Shown here in pieces: positions 22,281-34,837 of a stretch of 40,500 bases of DNA. A model generated the notes under the pieces. That model ran no database searches and was not told the DNA's origin. It saw only the letters and a program-made list of their open reading frames with translations. The stretch is from Octopus bimaculoides. Taxonomy: Eukaryota. The position numbers were made by a program, and so were the translations under genes. The DNA is taken from contig NC_068995.1 of assembly GCF_001194135.2 (NCBI RefSeq), forward strand, positions 6,799,361-6,839,860. Direction: 5' to 3'. The first letter of the stretch is position 1; the number at the start of each line of letters is the position of its first letter.

Positions 22281-23455
22281 CTGGCAAAACAAAGGAGCAA
22301 CAAACATTATAATTTAGGCCACCAACCAAAGCTTTTGTGAATGGATTTGGTAGACAGAAACTGAAAGAAAGCGGCGGGCTGGCAGAAATGTTAGCATACC
22401 AGGCAAAATGCTTAGTCAAACCGTCCAGCCCCATGCCAGCATGGAAAGCGGACGTTGAACAACGACGATGATGATGATATAATTATATTTCAATGAAATC
22501 AGACAATTCTTTTTCTAAAAACTCACTTTTGTTTATGTTTATCATGTTTAATTTGTGTTAATATCATGTGTTAATAATATATGTTAATATCATGTTTAAT
22601 GGGTGTTAAAAGAGTATAAATTTTTAATTGTTTATAATTTTTCATTTTTTTTACATAATTTTATTTTCATTCCTGTTGGACCCTGCTTGTTCTCTCCATG
22701 ACAACTTTTTCCCAACTTGACTGCAATCATTTTCTCTACCTCCATTCCCAAGATGGAGTAACAGTTTAACTGAACTGAAAGAATGCTTTCAAATCGCAGT
22801 GCAGGAGACAACTTTTGAAGTAATTGCTGATAGGAAAGACATCCAGCCATAGAACCCATGCCAAAGACACCAGACTGGCTCCCGTGCAGGTAGCATGTAA
22901 GAAACACCCTTTGAGCGTGGTCATTGCCAGGATCACCTGACTGGCGCTCGTGCCGGTGGCTCGTAAAAAGCACCTACTAAACTCTCGGATTGGTTGGCTT
23001 TAGGAAGAGCACCCAGCTGTAGAAACTTTGACAGATCAGACAGAAGACATAGGCAGGACATGGACACTGCAGGTCATATTGCAGACTGCCTACTAAGAAA
23101 ACAATAGATACAGGTACAGAGGTAATGGGATCCTTTACTGCCCTTTACGGGGAGGGGGGATCTCTATAACGCCACTAACTTGATAATGTACCTTCTCTTA
23201 TAATGTAACGCCAATATTCATACAAGACACCAATGTTGGGTTAGTTTTCCTTTGCTTCTACACGTGTGTGCAAAATGTTGCAGGCTGTGATATGCTGTCC
23301 AACCCACACCAGCATGAAAAAGACAGTTATATGATGGTAGTGATGGTGGTGACGATGATGACATGCAGGTGATATGGATGTGGTGGTGGTAATAATGATG
23401 ATAAAGGTGATAATGATGGTGGTGGTGATGATATAGAAATAATATTTCCTCTTAC

Positions 23456-23547
23456 CAATATGTCATCACAGATACTTTTCATCACCCACACTTTCCTGTA
23501 AAAGCTTAATTGGTGATATTTCTTATTTTTAAGTGGATTCCTTTTGC
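23456..23547 (-). CDS. KIAA2026: KIAA2026 coding exon, WHIM1-like (GKRNPLKNKKYHQLSFYRKVWVMKSICDDIL)
   Basis: ctttttgttttag|GC ... ATATTG|gtaaga; 92 nt, phase 1 to 0. Confidence 0.88.
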
Positions 23548-24070
23548 CTAAAACAAAAAGAGAAATGGTAAAATAAAAAGAAACACGAATCATTTGATGG
23601 AAAATAAAACCACCCAAAAATTAAATATATATATATATATATATATGTAATATATATCAGGAACATGCTGCCTAGGTAGGCAGTGCCTACTTCAAATAAA
23701 ATAGATTGATAGCAACACTTTCCTTTTATGGCAAAATATGCATCTAATTCAATAAAATTATGAATGTTAATGTGATTACTATGCATAAAACACAAAACAT
23801 TTTATATTTTTGTAGATCATGTAGGCATAAATCTCCCCTGCTCTTCAATTTCAGTATTTAAGCTACATGTAGTAGTGCTTTAGTACATGGGCTTTGTACA
23901 CTTCTCCAACACCATTTTCTTTACGTGCTATAAAGGCAGAAGTAAATCTGCTTTCAACTCAGTCGCACGCCTGTGTTTGGTTTATTTTTTGTGTGATTTA
24001 CTACATAAGGTTCACCAACTACCTACCCTGAGTAATGACTGATGGCACATGTCTGATATATATATATATG

Positions 24071-24106
<36 letters not shown>

Positions 24107-24145
24107 TACAAAGATATAAATATATACACACAATGATATACATAC

Positions 24146-24191
24146 CCATTACTTTATAGGCAAATGGATCAAGCCCTAATTTTTCAGCTGC
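24146..24191 (-). CDS. KIAA2026: KIAA2026 small coding exon (AAEKLGLDPFAYKVMG)
   Basis: tttttctttctag|GCA ... ATGG|gtatgt; 46 nt, phase 0 to 1; supplies the phase bridge the neighbouring exons require. Confidence 0.85.
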
Positions 24192-24396
24192 CTAGAAAGA
24201 AAAATATATAAAATTAAACAATGTAAAATATATATATATATATTGATAGAAATGGCAAGACAACAAAAGAATGAAAGAGATCTCAATATTATGTCAATAG
24301 AGGAATTTATCTGTAAATATATGTGACAATTATTCGGTAGCTATGATAAAACTCAGAGTTTTATAAAATATAAAATGACTAATATAAATTTGTTAC

Positions 24397-24508
24397 CTTA
24401 TAAGTATCACCATTATAAGCTTCAAGTACATCATACCAATTCTTGACCTTCTGTCGTAATTTTTCTTCCCAAACCCTGTAAGGCATCCGGTAACGATGAT
24501 TATGAAGT
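24397..24508 (-). CDS. KIAA2026: KIAA2026 coding exon (LHNHRYRMPYRVWEEKLRQKVKNWYDVLEAYNGDTYK)
   Basis: ctttattactag|A ... TATAAG|gtaaca; 112 nt, phase 2 to 0. Confidence 0.88.
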
Positions 24509-24804
24509 CTAGTAATAAAGAACACAAGACACAACTTAGAAATAATGTCCAGCATTGCATTGTGATGTTGCATAGCATAAAAGACTCGATCGTTGTGTGC
24601 GTTAACAATTCTTAATTTCATACTCTCTTGAGAGCATCGTGAGTTCACAGGGGAGTGGCAAGTGTGGAGGAGGGTGCTGAATGTTTAGAAAGCATTAAGA
24701 ATTTTCTTACAAAAAAAAAAAAAATCTTTAATTTAAATCAGGAACAATACCTTGTGATTTGAGTATGTGTATATTGTATTAGCAGTGAGCAGAAATAATG
24801 ATTT

Positions 24805-24965
24805 CAAATTTTGGCACAGGGCCAGCAGTTTTTGAGGAAAAGAGAAAGTTGACTACATCAACCCGGTACTTCACTGGTGCTTATTTTATCAACCCTGAAA
24901 GGATGAAAGGCAAAGTCAACCTCAGTGGAATTTGAACTCAGAATGTCAAGACAAAATGAAATGCT
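24805..24965 (-). mobile_element. SINE family C copy
   Basis: ttcaaattttggcacagggccagc...aaaggcaaagtcaacctcagtggaatttgaactcagaa is the reverse complement of family C. Confidence 0.7.
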
Positions 24966-25361
24966 GTTGCTGTTAAACATTTTGTCTCGCGAGCCAACAG
25001 TTCTGCCAACTTACTGCATTATTGAGTGGAAATAATGACTGAAAATGTGCCAAGGTCCAATATAATTTCATTATTTATGTTCTCTCCTTCTTTAACTTTT
25101 TAGCATTCAGATTATTCTATCAAATGTAATGCTTATTTATTCACATTGTTTTGAATTAAACATGTACTGTCTCATAGCTTTGAGATATCAATGACGTGAT
25201 TGTTTATTTTTTTAAATGATATTGTAGGGTAAGTGTAAGAGACCAGATCTAGCTGGTCTGAACACAGAACAGATGGAATATACTGATCATAGATCTGCTC
25301 AGTTAAGGCTAACAAACCCTCCAAAAAACACTCGATACAAAGTAACGATGGTCAAACTTAC

Positions 25362-25522
25362 TTGCTTCTTTGATGAGGTGTGCTAAGCAAAGAGCTCATT
25401 ATTCGTTGCATAGTTGTACTCTCACGTGTCATCAAAAAGCACCGTTCTAATTCATATTGAGGAACTTCAGCCAAATACAATGGTTCTTGGCACAAGAATA
25501 AAAAATGGCCAATTTGGGGGAG
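25362..25522 (-). CDS. KIAA2026: KIAA2026 coding exon, DDT-like region (LPQIGHFLFLCQEPLYLAEVPQYELERCFLM...)
   Basis: tttttatttccag|CTC ... AGCAA|gtaagt; 161 nt, phase 0 to 2; not in the ORF track. Confidence 0.9.
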
Positions 25523-25666
25523 CTGGAAATAAAAAAAGAAAATTCAAGTGAACAAGAGTCTGCATTAGCAACTATCAATCACAGAATGAGACAAAATTTG
25601 ATTTACCATGAGAAGTGAAAGTCTAACATTTTGATGGTGGGGTTTCCTTTGTAGGGAGTATTAAAA

Positions 25667-26013
25667 CCATGGTTCCAGGTTCAGTCCCACTGCACGACAC
25701 CTTGGGCAAGTGTCTTCTGCTATAGCCTTGATCCAACCAAAGCCTTGTGAGCAGATCTGATAGACGGAAACTGAAAGAGGATTGTCGTGTATGCATGTGT
25801 GTGTGTGTGTTTGTTCCCTACCACCACATAACAACCAGTGTTGGTGTGTTTACACCCCCATAACTTAGCAGTTCAGCAAAAGAGACTGATAGAATAAGTA
25901 CCAGACTCTACAAAAAAAAAAATTATAAGTACTGGAGTCAACTCGTTCAATCAAAAATTCTTCAAGGCAGTGCCCCAGCATGGCCACAGTCGAATGACTG
26001 AAACAAGTAAAAG
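25667..26013 (+). mobile_element. Tandem SINE family A and family B copies
   Basis: Inverted homology to 25-187 and 4727-4912; ends about 15 nt from the donor at 26028. Confidence 0.7.
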
Positions 26014-26028
26014 CTAAAAGCTACACAC

Positions 26029-26243
26029 CTCCCACATGGCTTTCATCTGAGAGAGCAGAGGTTGCTCCAAGAGAATGTCTTCCCAATCATTAACTTCCTG
26101 GACGTGAGCCTCCTGTGCCGCTCGTTTCTCTTCAATCTGCTGCTTACGAGCTTCTTTCTCCTTGGCTATCTCTTCATGACGCAACTGATTTAACAGTGCT
26201 GAAGAATCATGGGGTGCAACAGCCCGGGTGCGTCTCCTCAACC
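26029..26243 (-). CDS. KIAA2026: KIAA2026 coding exon (LRRRTR...coiled coil...KAMWE)
   Basis: atcgttgcag|GG ... TGGGAG|gtgtgt; 215 nt, phase 1 to 0; lies within ORF 26014..26241. Confidence 0.88.
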
Positions 26244-27785
26244 CTGCAACGATAGGACAGAGAACATCGTTAAACGTTTGACATTTCAGAAAGGAAATTT
26301 CTTTCTTTTTTTTTAATTATTTTATACAAATGCTGAGTGTAAGGAAGGACATCTGGCTATAGGAATCATGACAAAACAGACATTGGACTCAGATGCAGTC
26401 CTCTCGCTTCCCTGCTTCTGTTAAACCATCCAACCCATGCCAGCATGGAAAATGGACATTAAATGGCAATGATGATGATTTAATGTATTGTTATTTTCAA
26501 AACACACACACACACACACACTCACACACACACAGATAAAAGAGAAATAGGAGCTCTTCGAGCAAATGGAAGCAGACAAAAGGGCTTCTGACCATCCCAG
26601 AGAAGGAACCCAGAAGTTTATGAGGAAACAAAGGCGCCTGTATATCGTCGTTTGACTTGCTAGAAATAGCAGGTAAATCTTACACAAATTCTACAATAAA
26701 ATTTAAAGGAAGGATACACTTGAAAACGCGGTAAAGCTTAAAAAAAAAAAAAAGAGAGAGATGGGATGGTCATGTCTGGAACAACGTTGATAAAAGATCT
26801 GCTGAACTGAGGCTAAGCAGGGCTAATAAAACAAGTTGAAATATTAGTATCTACGTGACATAAGAAGCAATTCTAACACTTATTAATGATGAAATGCTTT
26901 GAATTATGTTCACTTCGGATGACATCAAACCACGATGATGTCAAGAACTAATGGGAAAAACAAGTCATCCTATGGGGAAAATATTACTTTGCTTGGAAAC
27001 AGGTGAGGGTTGGTGACAGGGAGAGCATCCGACCATAGAAAAATCTGCCTCGACAAATTTCGTCTCGCCCAGCAAATATTAAATGACGATGGTTTGAAGT
27101 CGGCCTGAGCATCTAAATTCGCCCGGATTGTCTCCCTTTATTCGAGCAAGTTTTTTTATTTATTTTTTTTTATTTTCATGCATCGCTTTTTAATAACTTA
27201 AGCTACCTTCCTTTTCGAAAGTGTCTATTACTGTTACCGGCCCTCCAATGCTGGTGATATAAAAGCATTTAATACCCGGTCGCTATGTCTGTAGATCAAT
27301 GTTTGCCAGAAAGTCTGATTTAAATCAGTGACCTCTACTACAAATATCCAAGAATGTGGTGGTGATCACAACAATATTAAACCAATCAAGCAGGTTTATA
27401 GTTTCAATACCCAACAGAAATTAATTTACTTCACTTCAATTTAAAATGTAAGCTTTGGCAAAGCTTCTACAGCAAGGTGTCCTTTCTAATGCCAACCATT
27501 TTACAGAGTATACTGGATACTTTCTTCATGCCATCAGCACTGGTGAAGTTGCTGAGTGACTTGCAAGACGGAGAAAGAACATGGAAAAAAGGGAGAGTCA
27601 AAAGCTCCCCAGAACAAAGTGGGCTGGAGAGCCTTTGAGAAGTGGGTGGTGGCTTTTTTATAATAGATGCTGAAAGGCTAATGAATAAATAGAGGGACAA
27701 GCACAGGGGTCTTGCTAAGGTGGAGATACATGATTACCCCAGTAAATATCACCAAATTTTAATTCACTGCTAGAGGTAATAACTG

Positions 27786-27825
<40 letters not shown>

Positions 27826-27827
<2 letters not shown>

Positions 27828-28105
27828 TCGTTTAACGTCCGCTTTCCATGCTAGCATGGCTTGGACGATTTGAATGAGGACTGGTGAAACCAGATGGCAA
27901 CACCAGGCTCCAATCTGATTTGGCAGAGTTTCTACAGCTGGATGCCCTTCCTAACGCCAACCACTCAGAGAGTGTAGTGGGTGCTTTTACGTGTCACCCG
28001 CACGAAGGCCAGTCAGGCGGTACTGGCGACGGCCACGCTCAAAATGGTGCAATTTATGTGCCACCCGCACAAGAGCCAGTCCAGGGGCACTGGCAATGAT
28101 CTCGC
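27826..28105 (-). mobile_element. (GAT)n-family retroposon, young copy
   Basis: Very similar to 18960-19240 (ORF-track peptides MKPDG.TRLQ.DLAEFLQLDALPNANHSESVVGAFTCH are almost identical). Confidence 0.8.
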
Positions 28106-28819
28106 GGTACTCAAAATTTGAAAAAAGGAAAAATTTGAGGAAACTAACTCAATAAGTTGCAAAAGGTAAATGAACAACGTACAAACAGGAAATCTTTTAA
28201 CAGGAAATTCTTTGTAAAATGAGGCTAAACTTTGTTTCTCACATAGAAGAGTGCTTAGTTCCTGTTTCTTGGCCCCCAAACAATAACACCATTTGAATTG
28301 CTGTTCCGTATGGTCCAGGGTTTAATAACAGTTGCAGCTATTTCTTAAATATGAAAGTAATTCAAAAGATTTAGAGGCATTTTTATTTTGAATTAGACAA
28401 GAGAAGAAGGAGTGTGATTGTCACGATTCTGGACAAGCCTTGGTGAGACTGTAGTGGATGTCCAACCCAGAATATTCTAATTCAAAAGCTTTAGCCTGAT
28501 TAAACTCTGCAAAAGATGTCCAAGGACCAGTTGATGACATTTAATCTGGTAACTACAAACACACACACATAGATTCACTCCAATCACAGACCCTGCTAGA
28601 AGTAACAGTCAAACCTTCCTCAAATCTTACTGTACTGTCTTATAAAAAAATTTTTTTAAAAAAAGGGACACATCGGATTATGTAGTCCTAAATAGGTCTG
28701 CTTCATTTGGGTTGAACTTAGACTAAACAACAGTAACAACAATTACATGCCAGTCATTGTTATAAGATAAAAAATACAAAACACCTGTTAAGAAAAGACA
28801 CCAGGTAACACATACATAC

Positions 28820-28893
28820 CTGCAACAACAGCAATATCTTCAGGTGTACAGTGACCAGATGTTGCTTTGACAGTGGTTTTCTCCCTTAAGTCC
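28820..28893 (-). CDS. KIAA2026: KIAA2026 coding exon (DLREKTTVKATSGHCTPEDIAVVAG)
   Basis: ttctctttgtgcag|G ... GCAG|gtatgt; 74 nt, phase 2 to 1; LREKTT continues the bromodomain C-terminal helix. Confidence 0.85.
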
Positions 28894-29077
28894 CTGCACA
28901 AAGAGAAGATTCAAACAACTGCTTAGAAGATGATAATGCTTAATCAGATTATTAACTTAGATCACTTAATAAATGAAAATAAACAAAAGCACATTCCAAG
29001 CCAACTAGCTGTGGTAGTCTGTAGCAGCAAAAATAATTTAACAAAGTTCACACAGTTCTTCTTCGGTCATGTGGAAA

Positions 29078-29307
29078 TTAACCCTTTCGTTACTGTATTT
29101 ATTTTGAGATGTTCTGTGTTTCTTTCAATTAATATTAAATATAACAAAGAATTTAGTAAAATAACTTAGTTATCATTAAGCTATTGTTAGGAACATAAAT
29201 TGTGACTAAGGTTTGGTGGAAGATTTTAATTCAAAACTTATGAAAACAAGACATTTGTACTACAGAGTCAGAGGTGGTTTCAGCCAGGTTGGTATCAAAA
29301 GGGTTAA
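29078..29307. mobile_element. TTAA-flanked piggyBac-like MITE, family 2, copy A
   Basis: TTAA-CCCTTTCGTTAC ... GTATCAAAAGGG-TTAA. Confidence 0.8.
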
Positions 29308-29319
29308 ATTAATCATTTG

Positions 29320-29546
29320 TTAACCCTTTTGTTACCATATTTCTGTTGAGATGCTCTGTTTCTTTCAATTAATTTTAAATATAACAAAGAATTTAGTAAA
29401 ATAACTTAGTTATCATTCAGCTAGTGTTAGGAACATAAATTGTGACTAAGGTTTGGTGGAAAATTTTAATTCAAAACTTATGAAAACAAGATATTTGTAC
29501 TCAAAGCCGGAACCAGTTTCAGCCGGGTTGGTAACGAAAGGGTTAA
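29320..29546. mobile_element. TTAA-flanked piggyBac-like MITE, family 2, copy B
   Basis: TTAA-CCCTTTTGTTACC ... GGTAACGAAAGGG-TTAA; direct repeat of copy A. Confidence 0.8.
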
Positions 29547-29593
29547 TGTCCTGGTGCATCAAGAAATGTCTTTTGTTTGTCAGAATAAAATAT

Positions 29594-30040
29594 TTAACAC
29601 TTTAGCATTTAAACCAACCATATGAGGCACAAATATCCTACTTGTTTTATGTTCTAACCAGTCAGACCGAACCTCCCATACCAACTGTACAATGTCATTC
29701 TAAACAATAACATCTTCGAAATCTCAAAGCTATGAGATAATGTGGGATCAATTCATAACAATGAGAATGAATAAACATTTTCATTTGACAGTAATCTGAA
29801 TGCTGAAGGGTTAACACTTAAGCATTCAGATCATTCTGTCAGATTTGTTGCTTATTTATTTGTATTGCTTTGAATTAATCATACATTGTCTTGTAGCTTT
29901 GAGGTTTCAATGATGTGACTGTTTACTTTCAGGATGATAGTGTAGGGTAGGTGTGAAAGGCTGGATCGGGGCCAGTTTGAACATAAAACCATCAGAGTAT
30001 TTGAGCCAGATACAGCCTTGTTTGAATGCTAAAGGACTAA
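29594..30040. mobile_element. Two family-1 MITEs in inverted orientation sharing the TTAA at 29811-29814
   Basis: ...tgacagtaatctgaatgctgaaggg-TTAA-cacttaagcattcagatcattctgtca... Confidence 0.7.
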
Positions 30041-30069
30041 ACCAGTTATATCAGCCCCAAGTATTCTAC

Positions 30070-30262
30070 GTCATCATCGTCGTCATCATTTAATGTCCGT
30101 TGTCCATGCTGGCATGGGTTGGACAGTTTGACTGGGGTGCCATGCTGGAAGGCTGCAACAGGTTCCAGTCTGATTTGGTATGGTTTTCTACAGCTGGATG
30201 CCCTTCCTAACGCCAACCACTCCGAGAGTGTAGTGGGTGTTTTTACATGACACCGGTATCTG
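30070..30262 (-). mobile_element. (GAT)n-tailed retroposon, truncated
   Basis: catcatttaatgtccgttgtccatgctggcatggg...ctggatgcccttcctaacgccaacc. Confidence 0.75.
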
Positions 30263-30647
30263 CCACAACTGTGATTTTTGCTCAGCTTGATGAGTCTTCT
30301 TCTCAAGTAAGACATAATGCTAAAGGTCTTGGTCATTGCCTCCATGAGGCCCAACACTCGAAAGGAACTCAACCACCTCGCCTATTTCATGTTAAAAACC
30401 AACCAAATCTAGCCTCTCGTAACAACAACCTTGTGACGTCAATCTAAAAATAGACCTGTCACATATTTGAAATCTTGAAGCTACAACGTAATGCATGATT
30501 AATTCCAGACAAAGTGACTAAATAAGCATTCCATTTGACAGAGTAATCTGAGTACTACAGGGGTTAAATGTTTGTTTGTGGCCACAAAGAGAGGATCTGG
30601 TTTGAAAAATGCGTAGGAGCAGTAAAGTAAAGGAAAGAAAGGATGAG

Positions 30648-30718
30648 NNNNNNNNNNNNNNNNNNNNNNNNNNNNNNNNNNNNNNNNNNNNNNNNNNNNN
30701 NNNNNNNNNNNNNNNNNN
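30648..30718. other. Assembly gap (71 N)
   Basis: Run of N. Confidence 1.
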
Positions 30719-33700
30719 AAAAATATTAATAGGTCAGTAGCCAAGGTGACCGGGTGAATTGTGAAGGAGGGAGACAGCAAGGAATTACAGAAACTGGAAA
30801 CAATTCAAAGGATTGCTGAAAAGAAAGCAGAATGAAATGGTTTGGTAAGGCCATCTGGAGATTAATCCTGTTTTGGTGGCAGGACGTCTTTGGCCCTGGA
30901 AGCCAAAACACACACACACACACACACACATACATGTGCATGCAGAAATATACACACGCAGAGAGGAAGAGAAAGGTGAGGGGAGAGGGAGAAAGAGAAA
31001 CATTACAATTTATTAATTGTAACATGACTGACAGGGATGCTTTACCTCTCCTCACACACACATAAACGGAGAGAAAGAGATATAAGGAGGGAGACAGACA
31101 AACAGACAGAATGAGAGAGACATTAAGACTTGTTAAGAGTATCTCTACAGATATTCTATAGAAATTATGGCCAACACTGATTTTTGTTACAACATTTCGT
31201 ATCTGAGACATCAGATGTAAACAATGAGATAGAAGATGGAAAAGGGGTATGGGCGTACAGGCCATATTTCGGAAGAAGTTTTTACTCCTTCATCATCACC
31301 CATCGAACCCATTAACCAAACACAAACACACTGCTTAAATAGCTACTTTATACAGCAATGTGTTCAGGGACGATTAAAGGGTTAGAGGAGTGCTGATGAA
31401 GGGGTAACCCCACCCCCAAAATATGGCATGCACAGCAAGCTGGCAGAATCGTTAGCATGCCGGGCGAAATGCTTAACAGGAGCTAACCAGGTAGAAGACT
31501 ACCCCATGCTATTGTGTCAATTTTGGCATGATTTTTACAGCTGGATGCCCTTCCAAATTCCAACCACTTTACAGTGTGAACTGGAATGATTATATTAAAA
31601 GACAACAATATGTTGAAACCAATGTAACATCGTAAATTAAACTCATCTAAGAGTAGTTTGTTCAAAGAAATTCAATATAAGGTATCTGTGTGTGTGGAGG
31701 GGAGGGGACCACACTGGACAATAAGGGAAACTAACTGTGCATAAATATCAATAATCGTATGTACAAAGCTTTTACTTTGCTGCCAGAAAATCTAATTTAA
31801 TTTTGGAAAATCATTACAAAACAGCACTGATTGATTATTGATATTGTTCCAGAGATAGAAAACAGCAAGAGAAAGAGATAAAAGCGGCAACGCTAAATCT
31901 GTTAAATTGTGAAGCAGTACATCCTGATGTCTATGTCAATAACGATTTAGTTAATTACTTCATTAAAAGGCTGAAAATTACATAAAAGCAGAATAGCTGT
32001 TTGGTTAAGAGGTCTGATACACAAGCAGGACGTTAGAAGTTCAATCTCATTGCAGAGCACCTTGGGTGAATGTTTTCTATTGTAGCTTCAAGCTAACCAA
32101 TGCTTTAGAAGAGAATTTGGAAACTGTGTAGAAGCCTATCATGTGCGCGCGCGCATGTGTGTGTGTGTGTGTATGTTTAAGTGAACCATTATGAAATGGT
32201 GTTTTGTCCCTTCAAATCAATGCATAACTGAAGAATTTAATTACATAAAAAGCAAACTAAAATAAATGGAGAGAAGGCAGGACATTCCTGTCCCCTTTTT
32301 ATTTTATTGTTATTGGAAGTCACTTCTAACAAGGTAGTAAGCAACCAACATTAAAACAGGCTTCAAGCAACTGCTTAGTAGATTGTAAGTTACAGAAAAA
32401 AAAAACACATCTAAGAAGCAGTCTTAACAATCATGAACAGCAGCTGCCGCCACATTTAACATTCATTTTGCATGCAGGATACAGCAAGCTGCAGAGCTGT
32501 GCTAAGCTCCAATTTCAACTTTGGCAAGGTTTTTATAGCTGGGCCCCATTCTTAATGCTAACCAATTCACAGCGTGTGCAGAATACTGTTTCCAATACAA
32601 AATTTTATAAACCTAAGATCATAAATTTGAGAAACAAAAGATAAGGAAGAGAGACGTTTGGGAAAAAACTAACGGCTGGAGAAGAAGCATCTGTAACAGG
32701 AGGAGAAGACAACAGCAACAGAACAAGAATTAGCAGTAAAACAAGTCAGTTGGTTAGGAAGCTTAAGGGGCAAAATAAAAGAAGAAAGATTGGCAGGACA
32801 ATGACTTTGAAAGTATTTATAGAATAGAGATAACAAAGACATGTTCTAGTGATGAGAGAAGAAAAGATCAGAGCTTGACAGCCAAAACAAGACCGACACT
32901 AATGGGTTTTGAACATAATCAAGGAGAGAAAAAAAACACCAGCAGGGGGCACCAACCCAGATGTAACATCATTAAACACATGGGGGGGGGTAGGTGATGG
33001 TGGACTCTCCTTTTATAAATAACAGATGAGGGTTCCGCAACTTCCTACCTGCACAAAGGATTTGTTTAGTGATCAAATGATTATGCTACATGTTAGCTCA
33101 CTCCCTCAAATCAACATGGTGTACCACACACTAAGTGTAAAAAAAATGATCACAGAACAGCATGAAACTGAAGTGTTTTGCTTGAGAATACCATGCACCA
33201 CCTGGTCCAGGAATTGAAACCACAATCTCATGACTGTGAGTGCAACACCCTAACCACTAAGCCATGCACCCTTGTTTCATGGTGGAATAAAACACTTATA
33301 AAGGTGAATACATTAGGAAGAGAAATAATTATGAGCTTGATATCAAGAAGCAGCCTTCACATTGGCTGTTTTAGTAATAGCTGTAAAAGAATCACTCCCA
33401 AGATAAAATTCAACCTAAAACTTGACAGCTAAGAACTTGGAAAGACAGCAAGAAGTAGTCACGAGGCTCTTGCTACCCCAACATTAACACCACTAAATAT
33501 TGCTCAACATTTCTGCTACTTAATACACACAAGTACTTGAATAGCTGATAGACACCACCTCCAAAAAGACAATTTAATAATACTACAGGTAGATGCAGGT
33601 ATGCCTGTGTAGGCACACACATGACTATGGGGCAAAAAGTTTGCTTTCCAACTGCATTGGTTCCAATGCATGGCACCTTGGGTGTCTTCTACAATAGCCC

Positions 33701-33754
33701 CACACAGACGAAGGCCTTGTGAGTGGATTTGGTAGAGAGAAACTAAAAGAATCA

Positions 33755-33985
33755 AGGCGGTGAGCTGGCAGAAGCGTTAGCTCGCCGGGCGAAATGCTTA
33801 TCGGTATTTCATCTGCAGTTACGTTCTGAGTTCAAATTCCGCCAAGGTCCACTTTGCCTTTCATCCTTTCGGGTCGATAAATTAAGTACCAGTTGTGTCG
33901 ATGTAATTGACTTAATCCCTTTGTCTGTCCTTGTTTGTCCCCTCTATGTTTAGCCCCTTGTGGGCAATAAAGAAATAAGAAACTA
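33755..33985 (+). mobile_element. SINE family C copy
   Basis: aaggcggtgagctggcagaagcgttagc...gttctgagttcaaattccgcc. Confidence 0.8.
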
Positions 33986-34008
33986 AAAGAAGCCTATAGT
34001 AGCATGTG

Positions 34009-34052
<44 letters not shown>

Positions 34053-34369
34053 GCTGTTTCCTTGCCTAGACATCACATGATAGTTGAAAGCAAGTTTCAC
34101 CATCATGCAAACTCTGTCCTTCATTTCCAATTTTTTGTGAAAACACGGTTGGTCATAGGCAAATATTAATTACCTCACTTGGAGAAAATCTGCATCAGCA
34201 AATTCTGTCTAACCCAGGCAAGCTGAGAAAAGACGGACATTAAAACAATAATGATGATGGATGATGCACACAGCATTTCGTAATTAAATATTGAATAATC
34301 TTTTATGTGTTCAGACAAAATTTAATAAGTTTTAGATATTTAGATCTACTCATGCCTGTGCCATGCAAA

Positions 34370-34695
34370 AGGTTGGTGCCAAGTGGAACGCACTCGTACC
34401 ATGTAAAAAGCATTGGTACTGGTACCATGTACAATGATACATAAAAAACAACCTGTGCAAGCTGCACAATAAAAGCATCCATCAAAGCACCACATAAAGA
34501 GCAGTCATGCTGGTACCATGTAAAAGAACACCTGTGCTGGCGCCACATAAAACACCCAGTATACTTTGTACAGTGGTTGGCATTGAGGACATGCCAAACC
34601 ACGACTGGAGCCTGATGCAGCATTCTGGCTCAACAGCTTCCTGTTAAACCGTCCAACCCAGACCAGCATGGAAAACTGATGGTGATGATGATTAT
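34370..34695 (+). mobile_element. (GAT)n-tailed retroposon with degenerate internal tandem repeats
   Basis: Repeated gtaccatgtaaaa blocks, then aaaccgtccaacccagaccagcatggaaaactgatggtgatgat. Confidence 0.6.
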
Positions 34696-34837
34696 GTCTG
34701 CACAAATTGAGAGGATGGCCGTGACTAGAATAATGCTGATCTGGGCTGACTGTGACTGTTAAAGAACCAACAACAACAACAACAGCAGCAGGACAAAGAG
34801 GACAGAGCAATTAGTCAAGCAGACAACAATACATTAC

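Noticed and set aside
26543-26650. Plus-strand peptide ELFEQMEADKRASDHPREGTQKFMRKQRRLYIVV*
   Set aside because: Short, no polypyrimidine tract at the putative acceptor, and no recognisable homology.
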